Assembly (NCBI GenBank): GCA_045804965.1
Contig: JBJMMD010000016.1
Span: forward strand, 133,482-197,481
Direction: 5' to 3'
Length of the DNA: 64,000 bases
From: Thermomicrobiales bacterium
GTDB taxonomy: Bacteria > Chloroflexota > Chloroflexia > Thermomicrobiales > UBA6265
Made by a program: the position numbers and the translations under genes. The notes beneath the pieces were generated by a model that saw only the letters and a program-made list of their open reading frames with translations, did no database searches and was not told the DNA's origin. This document shows, one piece after another, positions 16,247 to 25,784 of the stretch (its first letter is position 1; each line of letters begins with the position of its first letter).

Positions 16247-17746
16247 CTAGCCAGTCTCGATCAAATGTTCCGCAACGCGGATGGCCTGGGCGGCGATGGT
16301 CAAGGCTGGATTCACCGCGCCGGACGAGGGGAAGAAGGACGCGTCGACAACGTAGAGATTCTTGAGATCGTGAGTTTTGCACAAGGGATCGAGCACCGAA
16401 GTGGCGGGATCGTCGCCGAACCGCAGCGTGCCGACCTGATGTGAATTCGTAGCAATGTCCATTTCCCGCGACAACAGCAGCGGGTAGCCCGCCGCACGCA
16501 GCGTCGCCTTGGCGGTCGCCATGAGTTTGCGGTGCGCGACCATGTTGTTTTGTCGCCAGTGGATCTGGATCCCGCCGTCGGGCGCGAGCGCGACCCGATT
16601 GTCCGGATCGGGGAGATCCTCGGACATCACCCACCAATCGACGCTGCGCGTTGCCATCGCGCCAAGCAATCTCCGCGGCACGTGCGGGCGCTCCGCTGCC
16701 AGCATCGCCGCTTGGAGCTTGCCGACAGGTTGGAGATTGCCAAGCGGATAAGGAACGTCTGGTCCATGAAAATAGAAATCGTTGATCGCGACCGTCTTCT
16801 GGAAAATCGTCGGGTTCCGTTTGGTTGGATGAACGGCGATCAAGATCGAGTTATTGTGAACCATGTAATTCCTGCCAACCAAACCTGACGAATTGGCCAG
16901 CCCGCCATCGCCATTGCCGGAGCGAAGAAGCAATGCGGCGGAATTTACCGCGCCGCACGCGACCACGACTGTGCCGGCCGTGATCTTTGAGACGGTTCCG
17001 TCGTGGTCGATCTCGACGGTGGTCACCACCTTGCCCGTGGGATCGGTGAGCAGGCGACGAGCGTACGCGTTGGTGAGCAGCTCGACTGTTGGCGAGGCAA
17101 GCGCGGGGCGAACACCGCATGTCTCTGCATCGCTTTTTGCATGGACCAGGCACGGAAAGGCGTCGCACGTTTGGCAGCGAATGCATGTGCCGCCCGGCTT
17201 AAAATCGACGCCGAGCGGCAACGAAAACGGATGGAGACCCTGCTGGCGAAGCTTGTCCGCAAGCTCGGCCATGTAAGGGTCGTGCGGCATCGGCGGGAAC
17301 GGAAACGGCGTCGAGCGGGGCGGTTCGGTCGGATCTTCGCCGGACCGGCCATGAACGGCATAGAACTCCTCAGCCCGCGCGTAATACGGTTCCAGATCGT
17401 CGTAGCCGATCGGCCAAGCGGGAGAGACGCCGCCTTCATGCGCGATCGCGCCGAAATCCTCACGCCGGAGCCGCGGTAGAGCTGCGCCGTAGACCTTCGT
17501 GTTGCCGCCAACGAAATAGTGGACGCCCGGATTAAACGGGCGTCCGTTGCCGTCCCGCCAGGTTTCGTCGGCTTTATAGCGATTGGCGAGGAAGACGGCT
17601 TCCGGGCTCCAGTTTTCTGGTTCCTGGGGCAAATAATCGCCGCGCTCGATCAGCAAAACCTTTGCGCCACTGGGACCAAGCGCGCGGGCAAGCGTGCCGC
17701 CACCCGCGCCGGTGCCGATGATGACGATATCGGCGCTGCGGTTCAC
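16247..17746 (-). CDS. GMC family FAD-dependent oxidoreductase
   Basis: ADIVIIGTGAGGGTLARAL FAD fold, Cys-rich CIRCQTCDAFPCLVHAKSD loop typical of one GMC branch, and a C-terminal GMC domain (NLYVVDASFFPSSGAVNP). Lies 24 nt after the permease gene. Confidence 0.9.
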   Translation of the reverse strand: MNRSADIVIIGTGAGGGTLARALGPSGAKVLLIERGDYLPQEPENWSPEAVFLANRYKADETWRDGNGRPFNPGVHYFVGGNTKVYGAALPRLRREDFGAIAHEGGVSPAWPIGYDDLEPYYARAEEFYAVHGRSGEDPTEPPRSTPFPFPPMPHDPYMAELADKLRQQGLHPFSLPLGVDFKPGGTCIRCQTCDAFPCLVHAKSDAETCGVRPALASPTVELLTNAYARRLLTDPTGKVVTTVEIDHDGTVSKITAGTVVVACGAVNSAALLLRSGNGDGGLANSSGLVGRNYMVHNNSILIAVHPTKRNPTIFQKTVAINDFYFHGPDVPYPLGNLQPVGKLQAAMLAAERPHVPRRLLGAMATRSVDWWVMSEDLPDPDNRVALAPDGGIQIHWRQNNMVAHRKLMATAKATLRAAGYPLLLSREMDIATNSHQVGTLRFGDDPATSVLDPLCKTHDLKNLYVVDASFFPSSGAVNPALTIAAQAIRVAEHLIETG

Positions 17747-17770
17747 GACGCCAACTCCAATGAGGCTGTG

Positions 17771-18664
17771 CTAGCCCTTCATCGACCCGGCGAGGAGACC
17801 GCGGATGAAGAAGCGCCCGAGCAAGACGTAAATAATCAGCGTCGGCAATGCGGCGACGACCGCGCCCGCCATGACCACATTCCAATCAATCGAGAACGAT
17901 CCTTGGAGATTTTGGAGTGCGACCGTAATTGGCTGCGACTTCGGATTGGAAATGATAGTCACACCGAAGAGGAAGTCGTTCCAGATATTCGTGAACTGAA
18001 AGATGCCGACGACGACAAACGCCGGCAGTCCCAGCGGCAGCATGATCCGGCGGAAGACTTCAATTACGCCCGCGCCGTCGATCCGGGCCGCTTCCACAAG
18101 CTCGCTCGGGATGTTTGCGAAGTAATTGCGGAAGATGAGCGTGGTAATGGGAATGCCGTAAATCACGTGGACAAGAATGAGGCCCTGTGTTGTGCCGTAA
18201 AGATGCATCGTCCTGAGCGAGCGCATCAGTGGGATCAAAATGCTCTGGTAGGGAATGAACATTCCAAACAACACGAGAGTGAACAACACGTCCGAGCCAG
18301 GAAATTTCCATTTGGAGAGGAGATAGCCATTTATCGAGCCAATCAGCGACGAGATGATCGTCGCCGGGAGGACCATCCGTAGACTATTCCACAGATTTGG
18401 ACTGAGACGATCGAAGGCCTCGGGGAAACCGCCCCACGAAAGCTGATTCGGCAGGCCCCACATCCTGTTGATGCTGACGTATTGATTGGTCTTCAAGCCA
18501 TTGATGACCATGACGTAGACGGGCATCAAGTAGAGCAGGGCGAAGAAGATCAGCAGTCCGAACACAGCCCAATAGCCCCAACCGCGCTTGCGAGGCCGGG
18601 AACCCGAGGTTGCGAGCAAGATGTCAGCGGCGGTGGCCTTAGTTTCTGAGGGAATTGATGCCAC
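17771..18664 (-). CDS. carbohydrate ABC transporter permease (MalG-like)
   Basis: EAA loop (ELVEAARIDGAGVIEVFRRIMLPL) and six TM segments. Start set at GTG 18664, just after the upstream stop, with AAGGAG in the upstream gene's last codons. Confidence 0.9.
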   Translation of the reverse strand: MASIPSETKATAADILLATSGSRPRKRGWGYWAVFGLLIFFALLYLMPVYVMVINGLKTNQYVSINRMWGLPNQLSWGGFPEAFDRLSPNLWNSLRMVLPATIISSLIGSINGYLLSKWKFPGSDVLFTLVLFGMFIPYQSILIPLMRSLRTMHLYGTTQGLILVHVIYGIPITTLIFRNYFANIPSELVEAARIDGAGVIEVFRRIMLPLGLPAFVVVGIFQFTNIWNDFLFGVTIISNPKSQPITVALQNLQGSFSIDWNVVMAGAVVAALPTLIIYVLLGRFFIRGLLAGSMKG

Positions 18665-18665
18665 C

Positions 18666-19706
18666 TTAAAGCTCCTTGAGCGTGCGCGCGAGATAGGGCA
18701 CGATAACAAGCGAGACGAGGAGGAGCATGATGACGGATGCGGCCGCCCCGACGTTGTACTGCTGCGCCCGGAACGTCTTTTCAAAGACGAAGATGCCCGG
18801 GACGTCGGTCGCAAAGCCGGGACCCTTGCCCGACATCGCAAAGATGAGATCGAAGATCTTGAGCGACACGTGGCCGAGAATAATCATCACGCTCACCGTA
18901 ATCGGCGTGAGCATGGGAATGATGATGTGGCGATAGACCTGCCAGGTGGTCGCGCCGTCTAATTGCGCGGCCTCTTTGAGCTCGGTTGGAATCGTACCCA
19001 GGCCGGCGAGATACATCGCCATCGCAAAGCCGGAAAGCTGCCAAGCCGCGGCAATGACCACCGGAATCATTGCCAGCGGAATCCCCAGCTTGGCGTCGAT
19101 CGCGTCTGAAAATGGAATCAACCTGGCCAGGCTGTCGTTGACCTGGCCCACGACCCTGGGATCGGTGAGCCATCCCGGTTTCAACGGACCGGCGCCTGCC
19201 TTTTCGAGCAGACTGTTGATCCCCGCTTGCTCGAAGAAGAGGTTAATCCCGGTTTCGGGGTGGAAGATCCATCGCCAGGCGACGCCGGTGACGATGAACG
19301 AGAGTGCATATGGGAAAAGGTAAATGTTGCGGAAGAGGGCGCTGCCGAAGACATGTTGATCGAGCAAGATCGCGAGCGTGAGTCCAACGACGACGGCGAG
19401 AAAGAGGAAGAGCACTGTAAAAATCAGCGTATTGCGCAGGTCGTCTTGGAAACGAACTTGGTTGAAGAGATTTTTGTAGGTCCGAAAGAGCGGGTGTTTG
19501 ATCGACCAGTTCTCCTTGGCCGAACCCCAATTAGAGAGGGAAACCCAAACGGTCGCCGCGATGAATCCGTAAACAAACACAAAAATCGCGACGAGCGACG
19601 GCGTGAGGATCAACGGCGAGAGGAATCGTTCGAGCGACCAGCGTCGCCGGCGATGCGTTGCCTCCTGAACTGCTGGTTTGGTGGCGGTTGTTGTGGCCGT
19701 CGCCAT
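18666..19706 (-). CDS. carbohydrate ABC transporter permease (MalF-like)
   Basis: EAA loop (ELKEAAQLDGATTWQVYRHIIIPML) and six TM segments. Confidence 0.9.
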   Translation of the reverse strand: MATATTTATKPAVQEATHRRRRWSLERFLSPLILTPSLVAIFVFVYGFIAATVWVSLSNWGSAKENWSIKHPLFRTYKNLFNQVRFQDDLRNTLIFTVLFLFLAVVVGLTLAILLDQHVFGSALFRNIYLFPYALSFIVTGVAWRWIFHPETGINLFFEQAGINSLLEKAGAGPLKPGWLTDPRVVGQVNDSLARLIPFSDAIDAKLGIPLAMIPVVIAAAWQLSGFAMAMYLAGLGTIPTELKEAAQLDGATTWQVYRHIIIPMLTPITVSVMIILGHVSLKIFDLIFAMSGKGPGFATDVPGIFVFEKTFRAQQYNVGAAASVIMLLLVSLVIVPYLARTLKEL

Positions 19707-19842
19707 CCAGAATGACCTCCCAAGGCCTGGAGCACAACGTGGCGCAGGTCTATCTTAATTGACTCGGCAATAAAGAGACGAATCTGAACGAAGGACGAGC
19801 GGGCGCGCCCGCTCGTCCACTGTAAACGGATGAACTGAGCGC

Positions 19843-21219
19843 TTACTCCTGCGCTGCGGAAGCAAGCGTGCTGAGCAGGGTATCGACGTCCTTGTCGGTG
19901 ACAAACGAGCCAGTGGCCTCCAACGCCGTCTGCTGGAACGCTGGGGAGGCTGCTTCGCCGTGCGCAATCGATGGCACAAGCTTGTCGTTCGCGAACGAAT
20001 CCATCGACCACTGATGATAGTCCGAGAATCCGTCGCGGGGCACGTCCGTGCGGGCCGGAATCGAACCCTTCAGCGGGTTGAACGCGGCCTGTGCGCCAAC
20101 AGTGCCGAGGACCTTCAGCCATGCTGTTGCGGCGGCGGCATTCGGAGCGCCCTTCGGCAGCGTGAAACAGTCGACGACGAGCACGAACGACCCCGCGGTC
20201 CCTGGTGTGCTCACCCAGCCGATCTTATCGACGACGTCCTTCTTCACAAACTCGCCGTAGGCCCAGTCGCCCATCTGGTTGAACGCCTGCTTGCCGTCGA
20301 TGAGGGAACCGATGGCATCGCTCCAGGTCAATGCAGCGTGATCATTGTTAACGTAGTCGAGCTGCCGGCCATAGGTCGTGGCTGCTTCCTTCACAGACGC
20401 GTCGTCCCAAGCAAGATCGCCGGTGAAGAGCTTGAGATAATTGTCGGGACCAAGAACCGCCAGAAGGACATCCTCAAAGTTTTGTGTGTCGGGGAAGCCT
20501 TCGTTGTCGCCCATGCCATAGGCGGCGGCGTTGCCCTTTGCCTTGATCTTGTCAGCGGCGGCAAAGAACTCGTCGAGCGACATAGTGTCGCCGACTTCAA
20601 CGCCAGCGTCCTGAAGAACCTGCTTGTTGTACCAAAGGCCGTTGCCGCGGTGAACGCCGACTGGGATTGCGTACTTCTCGCCGTCCTGTGTGACTTGATC
20701 GATAAGGCCCTTCGGGAGGACATCATTCCAACCCTGGCTGTCGTACAGATCGGTGATGGGATCGCAATAGCCGGGCGTCACATAGCGATCGTAGAGTTCG
20801 CGTCCAATGTGCGTTTGCCACGAATCGGGCGGATCATTGCTCGCGAGACGGGTCTGGAGCACCGCCTGGGCGTTGACGCCGGCGCCGCCGGCCACCGTCG
20901 CGTTGACGATATTCACGTTCGGAGCGACCTGCTTGAGATTATCGAACAGCGTCTGGAGTGCCGCCGCCTCACCGCCCGATGTCCACCAAGAGAAGATCTC
21001 AACATCGCCGGTAATCGATTCATCGACTGGAATCACCGGTGATGGCGATGCTGACGGCGTTGCTTGGGCGAACGCGCTGTTGACGTGCAGCATTGATGCA
21101 AACGCCGGGAAGCTCAAGCCCAGCGCCGCCGCCCGCTTGACCAATTGCCGGCGGGAAACGCGGCCCGCCATACAATCCGCCATCAGTTTCTGAGCTGCTT
21201 CGGAGTCCCTACCGATCAC
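19843..21219 (-). CDS. ABC transporter substrate-binding protein (family 1) with twin-arginine signal
   Basis: GRVSRRQLVKRAAALGLSFPAFASM Tat-like leader followed by a typical sugar SBP body. Start set at GTG 21219, 8 nt after AAGGAGG. Confidence 0.9.
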   Translation of the reverse strand: MIGRDSEAAQKLMADCMAGRVSRRQLVKRAAALGLSFPAFASMLHVNSAFAQATPSASPSPVIPVDESITGDVEIFSWWTSGGEAAALQTLFDNLKQVAPNVNIVNATVAGGAGVNAQAVLQTRLASNDPPDSWQTHIGRELYDRYVTPGYCDPITDLYDSQGWNDVLPKGLIDQVTQDGEKYAIPVGVHRGNGLWYNKQVLQDAGVEVGDTMSLDEFFAAADKIKAKGNAAAYGMGDNEGFPDTQNFEDVLLAVLGPDNYLKLFTGDLAWDDASVKEAATTYGRQLDYVNNDHAALTWSDAIGSLIDGKQAFNQMGDWAYGEFVKKDVVDKIGWVSTPGTAGSFVLVVDCFTLPKGAPNAAAATAWLKVLGTVGAQAAFNPLKGSIPARTDVPRDGFSDYHQWSMDSFANDKLVPSIAHGEAASPAFQQTALEATGSFVTDKDVDTLLSTLASAAQE

Positions 21220-21363
21220 TGGTCCTTCCTCCTTATGCTGTGGACACCCGAACTCCTCGGTCCGGTCTGCAAACGTCCATGAAACAAGAAACCAACGGGT
21301 CTTCGGCAACCATCCGCTGATGCCCCGTTGCCCCAAGCCATGAACTGCTTGCAATTCAGTCGG

Positions 21364-21392
21364 CTTATACACGGTAGGGCGGGCTTTTTCAA
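21364..21392 (-). promoter_or_regulatory. candidate internal sigma70 promoter for the SBP-permease-GMC sub-operon
   Basis: Minus strand reads TTGAAA (21392-21387), a 17-nt spacer, then TATAAG (21369-21364), in the 220-nt gap after the GH88 gene. Confidence 0.45.
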
Positions 21393-21439
21393 GCAAGCGG
21401 CATGAAGTGACTCCTGTGAACCTGGTTTCCCGGTCCGAC

Positions 21440-22576
21440 TTATTGCGCAAGTGGAGCGCCTAGGAGCTTCGATACTGCTTCGACAAAGAAGTATTCGCCC
21501 CACATCACGCTCTCGCCGACGCCAAGTCCACGGCGCTCATGGTAGTTGCCATGCTTGAGCACACCTTCCCATCCCGGCGTGTCGATGGCGAGAAACGCGG
21601 GCTTCAGCAGCGTCGCCAAGATCGTCCGCGCGTATTGCAGGTAGTGCTCGCCTCGGGCGGGGTCCCTCGTCAACGCGGCAAGTTGGAAGAATCCGCTCGC
21701 CGCAATCGCAGCGGCCGAGCTTTCGTACGGGCGAATTGGAGTCGGCTCCTCCCAATCGTTCGGAGGAACTCCTGATTCATCGGTGCGGTCGATGTAGAAC
21801 TCGGCGCAACGCTCGGCCGTGTCGAGGAACCGATTGTCGTTCGTGAATCGAAATGCCGTCCCGAAGCCGTAGATCGCCCAAGATTGGCCGCGCGCCCACG
21901 ACGAATCCCCGCGCCAGCCTTGATGCGTCGCCGTGCGCAAAAACTCTCCGGAGCTGGGATCGAAGATCGCTTCGTGCGCCGTACTTCCATCGCCGCGCAC
22001 AAGGAACCGGCGTGTGGTCAGACAGTGCTCGGTCACGCGCCGGCGGAGATCGCTGTCGCCGGTCTGTTGGGCGGCGTAGAAGATGATCCCGACGTTCATC
22101 ATGATGTCGATGAAGCAGCTTTCCGAGGCAACGAACGAGCGCAAGTACTTGCCAGCCTCGTTGAAGCGCAGGCCCATCGTTTGGCCGGCTTGAATCAGGA
22201 CGTCGTTGAGCGCGGGAGTGCCGTCAATATCGTACCAACGCTTCCACGTCGGCCAGAAGAGAAACCCGAGATCGTGGACGTTGCGATCGTATTTGCGCTC
22301 TTCGATTAACCGCGAGTAGTGCTCAGCCCGCTCGCGCCAAAATGGATCGCCAGTTTGCTGGAAGAAGATCCACAACATACCGCCGAGAAAGCCCTCGCAC
22401 CAGTTCGTCCAGGCTTCTTTACCATGGCGCCATTTCCCGCCCTCGGTGAACAGCGGAAAGTAGTCCGGGTGGTGCGTGAGCAAATGGCGGACCTGGCGCT
22501 GGGCGAAGTCCAGTGCTTCAGCACCTTGTTGTTCAAGCGTCCCGGCTTTGGCAATCTCGGTCATGAGTTGGTTCAC
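21440..22576 (-). CDS. glycoside hydrolase family 88 (unsaturated glucuronyl hydrolase-like)
   Basis: WTNWCEGFLGGMLWIFFQQTGD and NVHDLGFLFWPTW motifs characteristic of GH88, at about 375 aa. GTG start overlaps the upstream stop (GTGA). Confidence 0.85.
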   Translation of the reverse strand: MNQLMTEIAKAGTLEQQGAEALDFAQRQVRHLLTHHPDYFPLFTEGGKWRHGKEAWTNWCEGFLGGMLWIFFQQTGDPFWRERAEHYSRLIEERKYDRNVHDLGFLFWPTWKRWYDIDGTPALNDVLIQAGQTMGLRFNEAGKYLRSFVASESCFIDIMMNVGIIFYAAQQTGDSDLRRRVTEHCLTTRRFLVRGDGSTAHEAIFDPSSGEFLRTATHQGWRGDSSWARGQSWAIYGFGTAFRFTNDNRFLDTAERCAEFYIDRTDESGVPPNDWEEPTPIRPYESSAAAIAASGFFQLAALTRDPARGEHYLQYARTILATLLKPAFLAIDTPGWEGVLKHGNYHERRGLGVGESVMWGEYFFVEAVSKLLGAPLAQ

Positions 22577-23352
22577 GCTCCCGTAAATCGCGGTTGGCGC
22601 TTCTCCCGGAATGAAGAAATGCCCTCCTTACCGTCTTCGGTCGTCGCCGCGAGTCCGCCGGCGAGCGATTCGAGCGCCGAGGACAAGCCATCGCCGGCTC
22701 CCGCATCCACGATTTGCTTCGCGATCTGCACCGCATGTGGCGCGTTGGCGGCGATTTCCTCGGCCAGCTCGCGGGCGCGGGCAGCAAGCGATTCGTTCGT
22801 CACCACTTCGTTGACGAGCCCCCAGCGCTCGGCGATATCGGGTCCGATCCGGGCGCCGGTAAAGATGAGCTGCTTGGCGCGGCCCATACCGATAAGTGCC
22901 GGGAGGCGTTGCGTGCCTCCCCAGCCGGGCACAGTTCCGATCTTGACTTCCGGCGTGCCGAATTGCGCGCCGGCCGCGGCGATGCGGACATCGGCCGCGA
23001 GCGCGAGCTCTAATCCGCCGCCGAGCGCGTAACCGTTGATCGCGGCGATGACGGGTTGGCGAAGCCGGGCGATGGTATCAAACACATAGTGGCCATCGCG
23101 CACCCAGCGCCGCCACATCTCAAGCGGTTCGAGTGCCGCCCAAGCGTTCACGTCCGCCCCGACGCAGAAAGCACGGGCTCCCGCACCGGTCAAGATCACA
23201 ACCCTGACGCCGGGGTCGCGTTCGATCAGGCGCACAATCCGCTCAAGTGCAGCGAGCATCTCAGGATCGATGGCATTGAGCTTGTCTTCGCGGTTGAGCG
23301 TGACCGTGGCCACCTGCCCAGCGAGTTCGATCAAGACCCGATCGTCACGCAT
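22573..23352 (-). CDS. enoyl-CoA hydratase/isomerase (crotonase) family protein
   Basis: VILTGAGARAFCVGADV oxyanion motif and INGYALGGGLELALAADVRIA. ATG 23352 shares one base with the upstream TGA. Confidence 0.9.
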   Translation of the reverse strand: MRDDRVLIELAGQVATVTLNREDKLNAIDPEMLAALERIVRLIERDPGVRVVILTGAGARAFCVGADVNAWAALEPLEMWRRWVRDGHYVFDTIARLRQPVIAAINGYALGGGLELALAADVRIAAAGAQFGTPEVKIGTVPGWGGTQRLPALIGMGRAKQLIFTGARIGPDIAERWGLVNEVVTNESLAARARELAEEIAANAPHAVQIAKQIVDAGAGDGLSSALESLAGGLAATTEDGKEGISSFREKRQPRFTGA

Positions 23353-25613
23353 CAAGGTTCTTCTCCGGAACGCAAGCGATCGACGAGGCGATCGGCCGCC
23401 CATGTGGCGAGCGCCCATAATGTCAACGTCGGGTTGACGCCCGGGCAACTCGGAAATGCCGCCCCGCTGAAGACGTAGAGACCCGGCGTGTCGTGGGCGC
23501 GCAAATCGCGGTTGACGACGCCCGCCGCCGGATCGTCGCACATCCGGCAGCCGCCGAGGTCATGACTGCTGCCGACGCCGGTGAAACTCGGCCCCCGCCA
23601 GGTCTTGGATGCGCCCATTGCTCGCAGAATTTCTTCCGCTTTGCTTTCCGCCCAATCGGCCAGTTTGCGCTCGTTGGGTTGGAGATCATACGTCGCCCGA
23701 ATCACAGGCAGCCCAAGACCGCTGCGATCGCGGTGGACAGGGTCGAGGTCGAGGAAGTTGGATCTGTAAGGCAGGGCGTCGGGCTGGATGCGCACAACAC
23801 CAAAGTGCTGCCATTGCTGAAGATGCCTCTTGTAACCGCTTCCCCACCGAGGAACGTCCGGCGGTAGGCTCTCGCGACTGATCTGGATGGGCAGGAATTG
23901 ATTTTCTGCGCCAAAGGTCGCGCCGCCGAGGAACCCCTGGCTGACCGAGTCGAACTCGTCCGCCAGATAGTCGTCCACGACAACACCTTGCGCGGCGGGG
24001 CCGGTGTGGCGATTGAAAATCATCTCGGGGAAGAAGCCGTCGACGTGGGCAAACATCTTCGTCATGAAGTGGCGGCCGAGCTGGTTGGAATTGTTGCCGA
24101 GACCATTCGGATGCTTATCGTCTCCAGACAGCAACATGAGCCGGACGTTTTCAAAGGTGTAGCCGGCGAGGATAACCGTGCCGGCCTCCTGCACCCGCCG
24201 GTTTCCGTTGGTGTCGATGTATTCAACGCCGGTCGCGCGACCCTCGGGCGAGGTATGGACCCGCACGACCCGGCAATGGGTGCGCAGTTCGAAGTTCCCA
24301 GTAGCAAGTGCTTCTGGCACGCAGGACATTCCGGGATGCCACTTGTCGCCGTTGAACGAACCGAAACCGTTGCTCCACGCCGTGTAGGTCGTCGCCGGAC
24401 GGCCATCATGCGGCTTGCTGTTCATGCCGACGGGGACCATATGCGGATGCAATCCCAAGCCGGAGGTGGTCTGGCGAAACAGTTCGCCGAGCCGGAAGGG
24501 GCGAAGCGGAGGCAGCGGTGGCGGCATTGAGCGAGGCACAAAAGGCGCCTGGCTATTCGTCTCGCCGGCAACACCGGCCTGGCGCTCGAGCAAACAGAAA
24601 TAGGGCTCGAGCTCGTCGTAGGTGACGGGCCAGTCGGCGATCGTCGAACCATCGGGCAATGCCGTTGCGCCCCAATGTTCGAGCGCCCGCGTGCGAGGAG
24701 CAAAATGGTGAGGATGGAACCGGCGCAGCCACGCGCCGTAGTGAATCACGGAACCGCCAACGCTGTTCATCATCCGGCCCAGCGAAAACGTCGCCTTTTG
24801 CGTCGGTTCGTTCGGATTACGACGCCATCGCGGAAGCTCGGCCAGGAATTTTGGGCCCATCATTGCCCGGCAGTAGTACGCCGCGCCGAGCTCGTCGGGC
24901 AGAAAGTCGCGCGTCGTGCGCCAAGGACCAGCCTCCAACCCGACGACGCGCAGGCCTGCCTTGGCGAGAATCGGCGCGATCAGACCGCCGACCGCACCAA
25001 CGCCGACGAGCACGACGTCGGCGCGCCCAGAGGGCGGCGAACCGCCGAGGGATGGGTCGTAACCAGGCAACGCGTCGTCGATGCCACCGGAAAGCTGATC
25101 GACGACATCGGTCAGACTCTGGATCCTGCCGGACTTGTCGGCAGGCTGCGAAGCCACGTTCTCTTGCGCTGAGTTCTCGAGCCAGACACCTGGATGACCG
25201 AGCGTTTTCCAGCCCAGTTTGTCCCGGTTTCCGCCGTAAACTGGATCGGCGAACAGCCCTTCTTGGAGATGGTCACGAACGAGCTCGAAAAACTCATCCG
25301 GTGGCGAAACATCAACCGAGCCAATGTCGCCACGTTCAAGGCGGGCGATAAGCTCGTCTTGGACTGCGGTAGGGCAGTCCGCGAAGGCCCGATTCACGCT
25401 CGTTTGAGCAGCGTTGTCGAGTTGCGCCAAGCCCAGGCGATAGCACTCGATCTGCTCGCGGTAGGGTCCGGCGAGCGCACGGTCCAGATACGTCACGACG
25501 CCAATCTGAGTCGCGCCTGGGCCGTTGCCATCTTCGGGAAAGAGGCGTTCAAACAACGCGGCCGCTGCGCGCGCTTCGTTTGGATTCAGCGAGACGAACG
25601 CTTCGCCATCCAT
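23352..25613 (-). CDS. fusion protein: gluconate 2-dehydrogenase subunit-3-like domain + GMC family flavoprotein
   Basis: N-terminal ~170 aa (LNPNEARAAAALFERLFPEDGNGPGATQIGVVTYLDRAL) resemble the small subunit-3 family. Then ADVVLVGVGAVGGLIAPILAKAGLRVVGLEAG FAD fold and a GMC C-terminus (GLYVFSGAAFPSCPGVNPTLT). No RR leader. Confidence 0.8.
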   Translation of the reverse strand: MDGEAFVSLNPNEARAAAALFERLFPEDGNGPGATQIGVVTYLDRALAGPYREQIECYRLGLAQLDNAAQTSVNRAFADCPTAVQDELIARLERGDIGSVDVSPPDEFFELVRDHLQEGLFADPVYGGNRDKLGWKTLGHPGVWLENSAQENVASQPADKSGRIQSLTDVVDQLSGGIDDALPGYDPSLGGSPPSGRADVVLVGVGAVGGLIAPILAKAGLRVVGLEAGPWRTTRDFLPDELGAAYYCRAMMGPKFLAELPRWRRNPNEPTQKATFSLGRMMNSVGGSVIHYGAWLRRFHPHHFAPRTRALEHWGATALPDGSTIADWPVTYDELEPYFCLLERQAGVAGETNSQAPFVPRSMPPPLPPLRPFRLGELFRQTTSGLGLHPHMVPVGMNSKPHDGRPATTYTAWSNGFGSFNGDKWHPGMSCVPEALATGNFELRTHCRVVRVHTSPEGRATGVEYIDTNGNRRVQEAGTVILAGYTFENVRLMLLSGDDKHPNGLGNNSNQLGRHFMTKMFAHVDGFFPEMIFNRHTGPAAQGVVVDDYLADEFDSVSQGFLGGATFGAENQFLPIQISRESLPPDVPRWGSGYKRHLQQWQHFGVVRIQPDALPYRSNFLDLDPVHRDRSGLGLPVIRATYDLQPNERKLADWAESKAEEILRAMGASKTWRGPSFTGVGSSHDLGGCRMCDDPAAGVVNRDLRAHDTPGLYVFSGAAFPSCPGVNPTLTLWALATWAADRLVDRLRSGEEP

Positions 25614-25731
25614 CGGCCAGACTTCCTGTCAAATCCGAGGTAACGTGGAAATCGTGAAGTTTGATCGCCGTGGCGGCAGAATACTTCAGACGACACCGAT
25701 TGTGTGGAGCGTTGAATATGATGCTGACGTA

Positions 25732-25762
25732 AAGAACCGGGCGGCTGAGCCGCCCGGTTCTT
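25732..25762 (-). terminator. stem-loop terminator after the giant secreted-protein gene
   Basis: 14-bp perfect stem AAGAACCGGGCGGC / GCCGCCCGGTTCTT, 22 nt past the TAG. Followed on the minus strand by TTTACG. Confidence 0.6.
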
Positions 25763-25784
25763 CGTTGTCGTTCGCTATCCTCGC

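Noticed and set aside
20048-20080. tRNA-like T-arm signature (GGAATCGAACCC, the reverse complement of GGGTTCGATTCC).
   Set aside because: The flanking bases do not form a T-stem or acceptor stem, and the segment lies inside a well-supported SBP coding region.
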